A stretch of DNA of 64,000 bases from the human T2T-CHM13v2.0 reference genome, Homo sapiens (GCF_009914755.1 NC_060925.1); one strand, 5' to 3'; positions 23,635 through 54,454 are shown, counted from the stretch's first letter. The notes: a model not told the origin generated them from the sequence alone. Translations and numbers: made by a program.

Positions 23635-24348
23635 ACCTACCAATTTTCCTAAATTCAGTAATTGCTACAATATTAAATTTCAGGTGAAAGAAAACTATTG
23701 AAATGTTTAAATACACTGATTATCAGACCCACATTGCTTTGAATGTGGAAGCCATTAAATTAAATTAAATTGCAGAAGCAATTTAAAAGGGAATTGCTTT
23801 GAATCAAAAATTAAATGTTTAACTAAAAGTAAAGAACATTCTAAATATCAACAAGTATTATCATCATAGCAAAGCTTACTCTGTTCAGCTCCATAACAAT
23901 ACTTTCCCACCAAGTGGAAAAAGGACAAAAGCTACTATAAAAAAACAGTATACTTAATGTCTCAATTAATAAGAGTTAACATGAGAATTAAAATTAGTAT
24001 TCCTAATCAAATGTCACTTCTTACCAGAAATATTTATACTTTTTCTGTAAACCAGATTCTACGATTCTCGACTGTTTTCAAAATATTCAGAAAAATAATA
24101 TCATTATCTGAGTACAAGACTCCTGCATTAAGGTGCACCTCAACTTATATAAAATAATCTCCTTCCCCCAGATATTTGATTAAATTTTTTTATTTGGGCT
24201 TAATAAAGGAACAAAAGAATCATCTTAATATGATCAATAATATTCTAAATGACTATTATTTGCATCTTCTCATTTAGAAAGTAATTTGTTTGTGAAAGTT
24301 CCCCTCATCTTTTCTAAAGTAAAAATAAAATCACTAATTTAAATATAC

Positions 24349-24416
24349 TACTCTAAACATGATAGCCCTAAAGAGATGAATGTACTCTAAACATGATAGT
24401 CCTGAAGAGATGAATG
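24349..24416 (+). repeat. 34-bp tandem duplication
   Basis: TACTCTAAACATGATAG(C/T)CCT(A/G)AAGAGATGAATG x2. Confidence 0.92.
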
Positions 24417-24929
24417 TCCTTAATTTCACATAAATTTCCAAATTTGGAAATGAGACCAGTGGCAAATCAGATGTTTCAGTTTTAGTCTTCTGTTTTATAT
24501 TTCAAAGTTGTTAAATTCATATGGGAATGGTAAGATTTAAGTATTTTAAGACTATTACATAAATTTGTTTAATACTCTGAAGGTAAAAGAAAAAAATTAA
24601 CTTCGAGGGGCCATTTTATAAAAAATAGTGACTTATCTCCAAGTAACTCCAAAGTAATTAACTTCCATAAGATAATTTTTCTAACGGGGGAGGAATTTGA
24701 TCCCTTATTGCTTTCTTAATATATGGTTTTGCCATCTGAGAAACATCGGTAGTAAAAGGTTTGCAATTTGCCTTAAGCCAGCATTAGTAAAAAGGCCAAG
24801 TAAAACCCTCCTTAAGGTTCCTAACCAAAAGCAGTATTCTTTTGTGTTTCAGACAAACTAGATTTTTAACCTCAACCTATAAAGAAAGAAATCACTAAAG
24901 TAGCAGACCCTTGTACAAATAAGATTAAC

Positions 24930-25450
<521 letters not shown>

Positions 25451-26271
25451 TCACTTTTATTTTTACTGTTTTACCACTACAGAGTTTCATGGTTCAGTTG
25501 TGAAAGTTTCCCAAGTGAAAATTATTTGATTGTATCTATAACGAAAGAACATGATTTTATGTTAATTAAGTTTATTTAATTCTAATTATGTTGTCTTACG
25601 TTTAATTCAGAAATGTACAAATAAGATCAAATTCAGAATTTAAGTGTACATATCAGCCTGGTACAATATTACCTAGCCACATAAATAGCCTAAATATGTA
25701 TTACTGTAACTGTACACAGTAGGTGCCTAAACAATATTTGCTGAAATAAATGTATTACAAAGAGTATTGCTAATTATTTTCTAGGGAAGAAAATGAAAAC
25801 CATCTAACTGCTACAAACATTAACCACAGCTAATAAGTTAAAGTGCATCCAAAACAATCTGTAGTAAGATCTTCACGATATTAAGCACTGACTGCCTTGG
25901 GCTGATCTGTTAACTTATTTACAGTAAGTTGGCACTATTTAAACTACACATTCCTTTTCTGATTCAAAATACTATTGCATACTTAAATGGGAAAACAGCA
26001 AAGACAAATTTTAGGAAGCCCATATTTTAAATGGCTGTTTTTAAATATACTACTATAAAGAACAGAGAAAATGCCTAAATTACTTCTACATTTAATAATT
26101 AGCTACCCTGGAACTTAGGTTGATGGAACTAAATAAAAATATCAAGGATGATATGTTCCATTATTTGCTATGTTATCTGACAGTAAAAGATACCAGTATC
26201 AACAGGGTAGTTTAGAGCTTAAGCCATACACTTTGTAAAAGAATATGCACTTGTATTTTTAAGTTAATTAG

Positions 26272-26718
<447 letters not shown>

Positions 26719-26998
26719 TAATATTTTAAAATACACATTTCTATTTTGAACTATTCTTCCTCCATTTAAATCATACATGAGCTAAAGTATCCTGTTGTTA
26801 CATGCAGAACAGAAATATCTTTTGGACAAACCGCTACCTAAAAAGAAGTTCCATGAGGCTTTTATTTATAATCAAAACAAAATAAATGAAGTCATGAAAC
26901 AGCTTAGGCACAGCACAGAAACCATAATGCTACAAGGTACAAGTGACAAGGACTTGTTGGAGGTATACTTTGTTTCTTAAATTTTCAAAACTACATCA

Positions 26999-28316
26999 GC
27001 CGCCTGTGGGTGGTGGCTCACACCTTTAATCTCAGCACTTTGAGAGCCCGAGGCAGGCAGATTGCTTGAGTCCAGGAGTTTGAGATCAGCCTGGGCAACA
27101 TGGTGAAACTCTGCCTCTCCAAAAAAATTTCAAAATTAGCCAGGTATGGTGGCATGAACCTGTAGTCCCAGCTATTCTGGAGGCTGTGGGAGGATGACTT
27201 CAGCCCAGGAGGTCAGGGCTGCAGTGAGCCGAGATCGTGCCACTGCACTACAGCCTGGCCAACAGAGCAAGGTTTTGTTTTGTTTTTTGTCTCAAAAAAA
27301 CAAACAAACAAACAAAAAACTACATCTCCGTAAACACAGGATTCAAGGACCAAAAAACAAACAAACAAAACAAGTAAGACAAAGTACATTAGCAAATAAA
27401 ATGACAAAAAAGAACCAAAAATAATCAAACCAAACCAAAATAAGAAAACTTGGTAAGCCTAAAACTAATATGCAGAAACATATTTTAAATTGAGCCCTTA
27501 GGGCTACCAACTAAAGTAGAAATTTTTGTAGAAAATCAACGGTAATTTTTTTTCCTGAGCTTTAAAAACAAACACACATTAAGCTGTCTCTGGGTTTGTT
27601 TGTTTGTTTGTTTGTTTGTTTTGGTTTGGCAGCTAGGTGGAGGGTCAGGCTTGAAGATCAGCAGCATGGAACACAACTGCTCCAATGACTACACAGGATG
27701 CTCATTTCATTTAATGGCTTCAATGCAGAATATACAGGCCAAAGTCATTTTAGAAGAACAAAAGACTCCTAAAACTTTTCAACTTCTACTTCTGCACAAA
27801 ACAGTTTCTTTCTCTAGTCACTCTTTGAAGGCAAAATGACTTCGGCTTTGGATTTTAAAATCCATGTCACAGATTTCTTATCCTAATAGTCTCATTCATA
27901 TATGACATATACTGAAATGACCCACTAAATACTATATTGTGCTTTCCAGCCTACAGCTTTAATGGAATTAACACTCGCTACTCTTGAGAGCATGTATAGG
28001 ACTTCTTGACTTAAAAAAAAATGACCTTGGAAATTAACTGTTTAAGTTGTAATTTCTTTTTTTTTTTTAAGAGAGTCTCACTCTGTTGCCTTGTGGAGCG
28101 CAGTGATGTGATCACAGCTCACTGTAACCTCAAAATCTTGGGCTCAAGCAATCCTCCAACCTCAACCTCCTGAGTAGTTGGGACTACAGGCGCACACCAC
28201 TACACCAAGCTAATTTTGTCTATGTTGCCCAGGTTGGTCTCGAACTCCTGGCCAATCCTCTGGCCTTGGCCTTCCAAAGTGCTGGGGATTATAGGTGTGA
28301 ACCACCATGCCAGACC
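26999..28316. mobile_element. AluJ 26999-27318 (+) and AluJ 28058-28316 (-)
   Basis: Diverged Alu consensus. Confidence 0.88.
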
Positions 28317-30299
28317 TAAACCCTAATTTCTTTATGTTTTGTAAATAAGAGTGCCACTTCTTACTAGTGACAATGGTATATAATCTTTATAACTAGATTT
28401 TATTATTTTCTATTGTTTTGAAGACAGAGTGATTTCCCATCATTTTTGGGGTTTAATGTTCTTATCTTAATCTGCATTAATTAAGCTGGCATTCCCATGG
28501 CTTAAATGAAGCCCACAAACCTGAAGGTAAGGAAGCAGCTGGAGTAAGCCATACACATTGGGGTTTGTTTTGAAGGATGGAAAATAGGCCAGGTTGGACA
28601 GAAGCTAGAGCTAGGTAGTGGGGAGGAGGTACACATAAGAAACTTTCAAAGAGGCTTCACTTAGCAGTTAGATAAGTCCTGAAAGCCAATCAGAAGGGTC
28701 CTTCTCCGTGGCTTCTAGGACTAACATGGCCAAGCTCCAAAGTCCTTTGCTAAAAACAGCTGAAGAGAGCCCAATTTTGGAATAAGCCAAGGACTATACA
28801 CTCTTATATGTATATGTATCATATAATGAAGATTTTTCTATAGCTAATTAGCCAAAAGATAAGCAGGTGCTCAAAGCTGTATTTAAGTTCATACTGAAGT
28901 ACTACATTTTAAAGCACAATTTATAGATTACAGAAACTGATGACACAAAAACCGCTGCAATCAAGTGCTAGATATACACTATAAACATCGGGAAAAAATA
29001 AAGATTACCCAAGCCTATACTCTAGATCACAAAATTTGGGAAAGGGAGCACTAACCATTATTAAATGCAATTCCTTCATGTTATAAATGACTTTAAACCT
29101 CTAGGGAAATTTAAGAAAGGTGCCCTAAATCTCAAAATGAGAAAATGATAGTTTTACTACAAAGGTGGAAATGGTAAGGAAAAAAAAATACAAAAGTTAG
29201 AAGAATATTCTAAGTAATGTACTTCTAAGTAATGTAATTCTAAGTAAAGTCTGGCTAATGAAGGAAGAGGAAGACAAATAGAAAACTTAATACAGTAAAA
29301 ATGAAAAAATGCATATGTGCATACTAAGTTTAAAGATTACTTTGAAATTACTATAGTGAACTCTTCAGCAGACCACTTTTCGGAAACAACACAATAAATT
29401 CATAAATCTGGGGCTAATGATCTCTCCACAAATTCTGTCCTCTATCATCACAAGTGTCCTGTAAGAAGCGTCCATGCCGAAAACAGAGCTGAACGTCCCA
29501 AAATATTGGCGTTTTTGCCTCAGCTGTGCACATCCATTCTCATGGGAACACAAAACTGACAGAACTTCTTCATGACTTGTCAATTAACAAGATCGCGCCA
29601 GCCCAACTGCTAGCAGTACCGTGTGCCTGCCACCTGTTAGCTGCTCTTGAGAGAGCCCCAAAACTGAGGTAAAGCGAAGAACTAGGAACGCCTTTGTTGT
29701 ACCCTAACTATGGAAGCTACCAGAGTTCAGTCTAACCCGGCGCCTTAAGGCAAAACTTCCCCCAGGCTGGGGAAGTCTTCCCATTTCGGGGCTTTGGCAA
29801 AGCTCTCCTCTAGCTAAGGACAGGCAGAAGAACCCCAGGAGAAGCACTGTCACCTACTGGTCCCAGGAGGAAGGATCAAAGCTGAAGAAAGTTGGGGGAC
29901 AAGGAACTAGGACCCTAGGGAGAGGCTCAGTTTCTCGTGGTGAAGAGTGAGCACAATGAGAAGCTGGGCCGTCTCGCTAGGTGAAAGAACGCTGAGATCC
30001 CAGATCAGGGGTAGGGGAAAAGAGGTTCTAAAAGAAGGGAGGAGGAGAAAAAAGGAGAGGCAGTGGCTGAGAGAAGCGCTGAGGCGTAAGGCAAGAAACC
30101 GAGGTTGGAAAAGGACTGATGAGGCTGAGGAAAAACAGCGAGGCGACAGAGGCACGGAAGCGCGAGAAGGCTAAGCTGAGGTGAATAAGGCGAGGCCAGC
30201 GTGAAGGAAAGGGCTGAGGTGAGTGAAGCACTGCAGTGACAAGGGACAGGCGAAGAGACTCCCACCCACAAGGACCGAGGCAGAACTCTAGACCCATCC

Positions 30300-30720
30300 C
30301 CCTTCACGCTGTGCTCGCCCGGCTGCGCTCAGACCCTGTTGGCAGCTGAGACTCACCCAAAGGCTGTAAAAGCCCCACAACAGGACATGGAGATCAGTCC
30401 AGACCCACAGTAGAACCAATCGAGCGGAGGAAACCGCGGCGTTAGCGTGACCCGGATGCGCATCGCTAGGAACCGGAAGTAAGCGGCCAGAGTCACCTCA
30501 CAATCCACACCTCGTTCCACTAGAAACCTCTGGGCGCATGTGTTGAGTCTGACCGGGCGGGGAAGCTTTTAGGCTCCGCCCACTCCGCCGGCCCGGCGAG
30601 CCACGCCCATGGCCACGCCCCTCTTAGTGCCTCGGAGACAAGCAGCTTCTGGGTGAGCGCTAGGCAGTCCTGACGGTACTACAGCCTTCACTTTTAAGGA
30701 GGTCTTTAAAAATGCGCGTA
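30300..30720 (-). promoter_or_regulatory. CpG-island, TATA-less housekeeping-type promoter
   Basis: CpG-rich non-repeat DNA with ETS/GABP ACCGGAAGT (30472-30480), palindrome GATGCGCATC (30455-30464), NRF1-like GCGCATGTG (~30534), GC boxes GGGCGGGG (30555-30562) and CTCCGCCC (~30574), two KLF/SP CCACGCCC (30601-30620) and CCAAT (30416-30420). Confidence 0.85.
30357..30480 (-). other. EYA3: First (5'UTR) exon, probably EYA3 exon 1; TSS approximate
   Basis: Lies in the CpG island and ends at a consensus GTGAGT donor. Minus-strand text ...CTGTTGTGGGGCTTTTACAGCCTTTGG matches my recollection of the EYA3 mRNA 5' end. Confidence 0.75.
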
Positions 30721-30736
30721 ATCCCTACCTGGCTAA

Positions 30737-32575
<1,839 letters not shown>

Positions 32576-33289
32576 CCCCACAATCTATTAATATAGTAGC
32601 AATGGGCTCCTGTTAAAACCCTAATTAGATCATATCCTTCCTCCAATGCATTCCTATTTCAGAGTAAAAACCAAAATCCTTACATTGGTCTACAGGACCC
32701 TCAAGATTTGACACCTCCAGTACAGCTCTGCTCTAACCTCAACTCCTACTCCTTCTGTCATCCTTCCCCTTAAAGCACATTGGCCTCTGCCATTCCTCAA
32801 AACTACAGGTAGGCCCAGGGCCTTTGTGCTTTTTAATCCATCTGCCTGGAGTGCTCTTCCCCCAGATACCTGCATCATTCATCCGCTCACCTCATTTACA
32901 TCTTTATTCACATGTCACTTTCTCAATGAGATCTTCCCTGACACTACATTAAAAATTGGAACACTACCATCCTCTTTGTACTTTCCCATCCAACAAGTTG
33001 CTTGTAAATTTGGCTTAGTGTCTCTCTCCCCCTGCCAGAATGTAAGTTCCATGAGTCCATGGATGTTTGTCCGATTTGTTCACGGATGTTTTTTCAGCAC
33101 CAGAATGGAGCCTGGCACACTGTAGGCACTCAGTAAATGTTTGTTGAATGAAGGGCTAAATTGCTCATTTACTTTGGTTTTCCTGATCTGAAACCCTGCA
33201 AACTGAGCCACCACCTCCACCAGAGGGAGCCCATGAGTAATCAATGCAATAGCTCCAGAAAAGTTATGCCTAAAGCATTTACATACATA

Positions 33290-33600
33290 TACACTCTGTT
33301 TAAGGACAGGAATATGTTCTGAGAAATCCCTCGTTAGGTAGTTTCATCATTGTGCGAACATCGTAAAATGGACTTATACACACCTAAGCTATATGGTATA
33401 ACCTATTGCTCCTAGGCTATAAATCTGTATAGCATATGACTGTACTGAATACTGTAGGCAATTGTAACACAATGGCAAGTATTTGTGTATTTAAACATAT
33501 AAAAACATAGAAAAGGTACAGTAAAAATATTAAATAATCTTATGGGACCACCATCATATATGCATTCTATCATTTACCAAAATATCATTATGTGACAGCT
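33290..33600 (+). mobile_element. Tigger3/MER7 (Golem) DNA transposon remnant
   Basis: GTTCTGAGAAAT..CGTTAGG..TTTCATCATTGTGCGAACATC...ATTGCTCCTAGGCTA...TCTTATGGGACCACC. Confidence 0.8.
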
Positions 33601-33707
33601 ATGATTCTAAAACAGAGCTACAAGAAAGCATGCAAATTCCTCCCCAGAGCAGAAGCTGTACCTTGCTGGTGCTCTAGTGTCTTTACAGTCATTTAAGAAT
33701 AAAATCC

Positions 33708-36810
<3,103 letters not shown>

Positions 36811-36871
36811 TAGTAATTTGCAGCCAAGTTTAATTCACTACAGTGTAGTTTATTTACACTCTGTATCTGAC

Positions 36872-38280
36872 TTTTTTTTTTTCACATCTTCCTTCCTTTT
36901 ATTGAAAAAAATTTTAGAAAATGGCAGTTAATAAAAGGCACAAACAAATCAACAGGGATATACTAGTGGGAAACACAATATAAAACTAAAATGCCATTGG
37001 CTTCTTTAATTGGTTAAAAGCACAAAATGTAACAGGCAGAAAGTCTGTTTCAAACAAATTAAAAAGCTATGTGTTTTTTAAATTCTTCCCAAATCAGATA
37101 TATACACACCCACAAAAATAGTGTGTGAAGGAAAGCTGTCATACACAAGAAGTTGTATCCTGAATTCTTCAAGGAAACACATATTGAAATAGGAATTAAG
37201 AGTCAGCAACAGATTAATAATTTTTTAAAATTGAGTCTTAAAATGCTACATGGCCCAAAGCTATACTATATAAAGTACTGCTAGGTACAAAAGAAAAAGT
37301 CTGTACAGCTTTTAGCAAAACTGCTTTCCCAGAAAAGCAAATTAAAATAATGCAATCAGCAGATCAAGGAGACTACAGCTAGACATCAGAGCTACAACTT
37401 CTCATATCTGTGTCAGAAAATCCTATTTATCCAGAATAGACTAAAATTTCAGGACAAAACAGGGACTTTTTAACATTTCTTACTTTACCCATTTTAAGTT
37501 CTTTTTATCTCCCCCACCCCCCAAGCCACTAATTCAGCAAGATCCAGGAGAAAGAGGGCTACTTTTAGAATTGGCTACTTTATTTTTCTTTCTATGGCAA
37601 GACTGTCATGGAGCCTGGATATTTCAGGCTCATATGCATCCATGACCAGTGTCCCACTGTGGTCAAAAAACTTAGCAATGGACTTTGTGAACTCGGCTTC
37701 CCGCTGCTGCTTTGTTCTCCCACTGATGAAGGTCAGCTTCAAGGTGTATTTGTCATCAAACCCTTTAAGACTGGAGGACAGCTGCCAAATATCATCAGGA
37801 TCCATTCCTGTAGGATCTTTCCTGTGGGCCACGAGAAAGATGCTCTTCTCCTTATATGAGGTATAAATGGTCAGAATCCCCATCATCACAAAATAGGATA
37901 TGACACACAAAGCCAAAACGGGTTTGGACTCTGGAAAGGGGTGCATATAATCCCAAATCAAAGCCACTATGGCAAAGAAACAGGAGATTGTACAGATGGT
38001 GAGGCGACCATCAATTAGACCAAAATTCTCCACATATTTGTATTTTTCCAGAAGTACCTTTTTGGCAGAATCATCCAAAGAGTTTTTCACAGCTGATCCA
38101 TCCCACTTGTCAATTTTTACAGGCTTATCATCTATCTTCCACTTATCCAACAAGCCGCTACGGCCACTCCCTGTCCCGCAGTTGGAAGCACCACCAGCCC
38201 CACTACAGCCTCCGCTACCACCGCTTCTCTCGCCCTGTACAGCTGCCGCCGCCATCTTGTCCGCCTCTGCGTCTCCCTCC
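36872..38280 (-). pseudogene. SPCS2P4: Processed retrocopy of SPCS2 (signal peptidase complex subunit 2) with short 5'UTR, intact ORF and 3'UTR
   Basis: Intronless 226-aa SPCS2 ORF; minus-strand AATAAA (plus TTTATT 36898-36903); A-run (plus T11 36872-36882); direct repeat GTATCTGAC(T)n at 36863 and 38281 as TSD. Symbol is from memory of the locus. Confidence 0.93.
37575..38255 (-). CDS. Intact SPCS2-like ORF (226 aa) inside the retrocopy; translation unproven
   Basis: [13 protein letters not shown]...[23 protein letters not shown]...AIERKIK with two hydrophobic TM segments, strong Kozak (AAGATGG), and no stop or frameshift. Confidence 0.55.
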   Translation of the reverse strand: MAAAAVQGERSGGSGGCSGAGGASNCGTGSGRSGLLDKWKIDDKPVKIDKWDGSAVKNSLDDSAKKVLLEKYKYVENFGLIDGRLTICTISCFFAIVALIWDYMHPFPESKPVLALCVISYFVMMGILTIYTSYKEKSIFLVAHRKDPTGMDPDDIWQLSSSLKGFDDKYTLKLTFISGRTKQQREAEFTKSIAKFFDHSGTLVMDAYEPEISRLHDSLAIERKIK

Positions 38281-38456
38281 GTATCTGACTTTTTTTTTTT
38301 ACCTCCCCAAAACTATTGTTCGAGTAACTGTTATCTGTCTGATGTTCATGATAAGAGCTCCTGCGGAAAAGTTCATCTTGATTTGTATCTACCTGTTTAC
38401 TCAGCAACTACTTTGTAAAATTCCAGACTCTGAGGACATGGTAAAAAAACAAATCA

Positions 38457-46286
<7,830 letters not shown>

Positions 46287-46959
46287 TTCCTGCTACCTAG
46301 ATCCCTGGAGCTACCCTGTATGCTTTTTCTGAGGCTTGACGTTCAGCTTTCCTTCGGTAAGCTATCCCATATCTTTCCAATAAAATATTTTTGTTGTTGT
46401 TGTTATTAAGACCAGAATTGGTCACTGATGTTTTCAATCAATGAACCATGGCTGATCCAATGTCTTATCTATAAAAGACATAGAAAATCGGCATAGTGAA
46501 AATTCCTAGCATAAAAAAACTATTGCTTTTATGTAACAGTTTAATATTCTCCAGGCAAGAGGCAAATTACAACTTTGTGAAATGGGCTGTGAGCTACAAA
46601 ACTAATAAAAATCATTCAGAGGTGAAAAGAATGAAAGGTGAGAGAGGCATTACATGTACTCTGCCTCTGGAATACAATTCCACTTCCCTACCAAAGAAGG
46701 CAATGGGAGGAGAAGGAAGCGGAAAGTAGAAAAAGCTTCTCCGGCTCCCCTGAATAGGAATCTGGCAATAATCTGGCTGCTATTTACTAGCATGCAGCAT
46801 CCGAGGCACTGTGTTAGTCCTTCATATGCAGCGCCTCACTGACTTCTCCCAAGGGCACAATTATTATCTATCATTTGGCTATATATATTCTGATTCTCTC
46901 CACTTTACAGAAAACTGGGGCTCAAGGTTGTTAAATCATTAAGTCGAAGTCCCAGAGGT

Positions 46960-47240
46960 GGGAAGGGCGGGATCCAAACACAAGTGTGTGACTCCAGCGC
47001 TGGGGTAGGAGCACCTTGAAGGTGAAGGAGCCCAGCGAGCTGCAGCTTCCTAGTCCAGCCTCACGTCATCATCCCTGAGACCTAAGCTCCTCCCACTCAG
47101 ATTCCTGAGCCAATCCGGAGAGAGGCCAATGGATATTGATAGACTCTGCATCTCTCCACCCTCTCTGAACCCAAGAGCTTTGTTTGCAAACTTGGTACAA
47201 AGCACTCAACTGCTAGCTTCCGAGGTTCCCATGAGTCACC
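46960..47240. promoter_or_regulatory. Candidate enhancer/promoter motif cluster
   Basis: GC box 46965, CRE/UPRE-like TCACGTCA 47061-47068, CCAAT 47110 and 47126, AP-1 TGAGTCA 47232-47238. Motif evidence only. Confidence 0.35.
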
Positions 47241-47591
47241 TCTGCTGCCTGCAAGATCTGGGTCTGGATGAGCCCTAGCCACCCCTATACCCCACCCTCC
47301 CAAGTTATGGCACTTTGTAAGCCCTGCTTCTCTCTGTTTGTGTCATTTACCAGGGCTAGATTTCTCCCACTCCCATTCTCCGAGACTTAGTAAAGCCTAG
47401 TGGTTACATTTAGTAGGGTTACACAACAACCCTACTAAAAAGGCATGGTTATCATTTGTATTTTTAGGTTGAGGAGCCTGAAGATGAAGACTCTTACACA
47501 CAGAAGCACAGACTTTGGTCTGCTTCACCACTGCTTCTGTGTATAAGATTTAGTTGGGGTTGCTGTGAGGATAAAATGCACTAACCTATAT

Positions 47592-47594
<3 letters not shown>

Positions 47595-47634
<40 letters not shown>
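47595..47634. repeat. (GT)n microsatellite inside a MIR remnant
   Basis: Perfect GT run. Confidence 0.95.
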
Positions 47635-47636
<2 letters not shown>

Positions 47637-48125
47637 TACAGTGCCTGGCACCTCGTAAGCACTCAGTAAACAATAGTTGCTATTCTCATTACTTTCATTG
47701 TTCATTGTTATCCCCATCCTATAGTCTGTCCAGCCTAACTTTCATCCCCATCTTCTGGTTTGGGGCCTAGATCTCCTGCCTCTTCTTGTCAATACATATT
47801 TTTTTTCTCTCTAGAAGTGAATCCCAACTCTGGGAGGACTCCCAGGTCACTGATGAGTCTTCTTCTGTTATACAGATCTCCCAGAATCAGGAGTTTGGCC
47901 TGCCTGACTTTTTCATTTATTAAACTTATTTCCAAGTGGATTTTTGTTGTGATGCTCACCAATTTTCATTTAGGACTTGAATGTAGGTAGTAGCCCCTGG
48001 GAGAATCAATAAAGGATGGGGGTACATGGGCTGGGGTTAGAGGCTGGACTCTTAAGTTAGCTGGGCCTGACCTGGCCCTTGCTGGCTGTGCTTCAGTTTC
48101 CTCAGCTACAAAATGGGGAGTTTTG

Positions 48126-51409
<3,284 letters not shown>

Positions 51410-51498
51410 AGTACTTCTTTTTTAAGTTACAAAGCAGCGTATGCATTTCATCTTTATACAAAGTGAATATACATGTTAAAATATCTGGGGCAGATACT

Positions 51499-52299
<801 letters not shown>

Positions 52300-53446
52300 T
52301 AAATCTGGAAGGATTAGATCAGTTTTGAACGGCCATGAAGTTCAGATAAGCCAATTTTAAGTTTCATTAAACAAATAGGTGTTTTGGTTTTTTGTGTTAT
52401 TCACATGACAAGATGTCTGGAGTCAGGCAGGTTCTGGCCCTAGTTCTTTCTAGCTCAGTATCACCACAGTTCTTTTGGTTTTCCCCTCTTGCTTGCCACC
52501 CCAGGTCATATGATGGCTGCCCCAGCTCCAGGCATCTCACCCACATTCAAATCAGGAAGAACTGGTATGGGAAAGCTCCAGTCATGGCTGACTCTTTACT
52601 AGGAAAACAAAAGCTTTCCTAGAAGTCCCCCGCCAGACTTCCTTAACTCTCCCATTGGCTGAGTCATATGGAGATTCCCAGACACAGGGGAGGCTGAAGA
52701 CACTAGAAACAGAATTTCATGATTGATAATAGAAAATTATGATTTGTGCTCCAAGGCTGGGCACTCAAACAAGCTTGGAATTCTGTTAATGAAGAAGGGG
52801 AAGGGATCAAGTAACTGTTACCCCCTTTAGACAGGACACAGTGCATCCTACTTTGTCACAGTCACCTCACTCCTTTTAGATTGCTTTACTCAGTTAATCA
52901 CCTGCCTAGCCCCTGTGAAGGCATTTGAACTTTCAACACTTGGATACAAGGCTCAGAGTTAGAAAGTGTGAAAAGATTGCTAACTGTCTCCATTATCCAT
53001 TACTTCCCCCTTTCTTCTAGTAATAAAATAATTTTCACCCCAAGATATAGCAGGGTATATGGCTGCCCAGATCCAGATCATAGTTCATGGTCACCGCTGC
53101 CATGGTAGCTAGCTGGGTGTGACCATGTAACTAAGTACTCACCACTGGAAAATGTATAGATTCATGTGATCATCACTTCTACATCATTTCCTAAAGTGAA
53201 ATTGTTAGCCATTTACTTCCTCTTTCCCCCACTTACCACAGGCTTGTATATAGATGCTTCAATGATGTCCTTGGAGACGGCAGAGCAACAAGATAGAGGG
53301 AACCTGTATCCCCAAATGACTACCTGAAGCAGAGCCCCTTACTCACCTCTGGACTCATCCTGAATCACCCATATGCTTAAAGGGATAAAACAACAACAAA
53401 AGACAAAATAAGAACAACAAACAAAACCTGTAAAACAAGAGATTCA

Positions 53447-53638
<192 letters not shown>

Positions 53639-54454
53639 TCACTTGAGCCCAGGAGGTTGAGGCTGCTCTGAGACATGATCCAGGCATGGTGGTGAGCACC
53701 TGTAATCCTAGCTACTCAGGAGGCTGAGGCAGGAGGATTCCTTACACCCAGGAGTTTGAGGTTACAGTGAGCTATGATCATACCATGGTACTCCAGCATG
53801 GAAGACAGAATGAGATCCTGTCTCAGTAATAAATAAGTAAATAAATAAATTTATTCTGTATTTTTGAGCCTCTTTACTAAAGCAGCTTATTCTGTTCCTT
53901 AACTCATATAGGAAAGAAAAAAACAAACTTCATTATGCCATTGGTGTGTTGTTAATAGTTAAAAAAAAAAAAGAAGAAGAAGAAGATTGGGAGCTAAGAC
54001 GAAAAAAACAGAGATGTCAACTAAATGGAGGAATAAGAGATGTTCTTATAAAGACTTGCATTACTGGGGAGGCAACTGAATAAACAGGCAGGACAGTGAA
54101 AGAGCCTAATCAGATGCCCACTGAGCTCTGCTTTGGAGTTAATATGGTTTGGCGTTGAAGCAAAATACAAAGACCAGGGTGAAGTCAAACCATTGCAGTC
54201 TACATACGGCAGGAAGGCCCATGGTTCAAGAAGGGTCTGTGTAGATATGAATTAGATGGGAGGACCATTAGTCAGGGTCCTTAGGTTGCAAGCAACAGAA
54301 AGCAACTCTGAGTTGCTCAAACAAAACAAAGAATTTACTAGAAAGACATTGGGAAGACCAAAGAATCTAAGGAAGATCTCAACAGCCAAGGCCAAGAAAA
54401 GGATAAGGTGCAGGTAAGCTCTGGGAATCCCACTTACAGAAACTTGTGGTTTCC

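Noticed and set aside
29365-30307. ORFs near the promoter (72-100 aa; R/E/K-rich or S/L/P/F-rich)
   Set aside because: No recognisable homology; explained by purine/pyrimidine skew and few stop codons.
37594-38418. Plus-strand ORFs (90, 83, 149 aa) and the minus 91-aa ORF overlapping SPCS2
   Set aside because: Antisense or alternate-frame shadows of the SPCS2 coding sequence.
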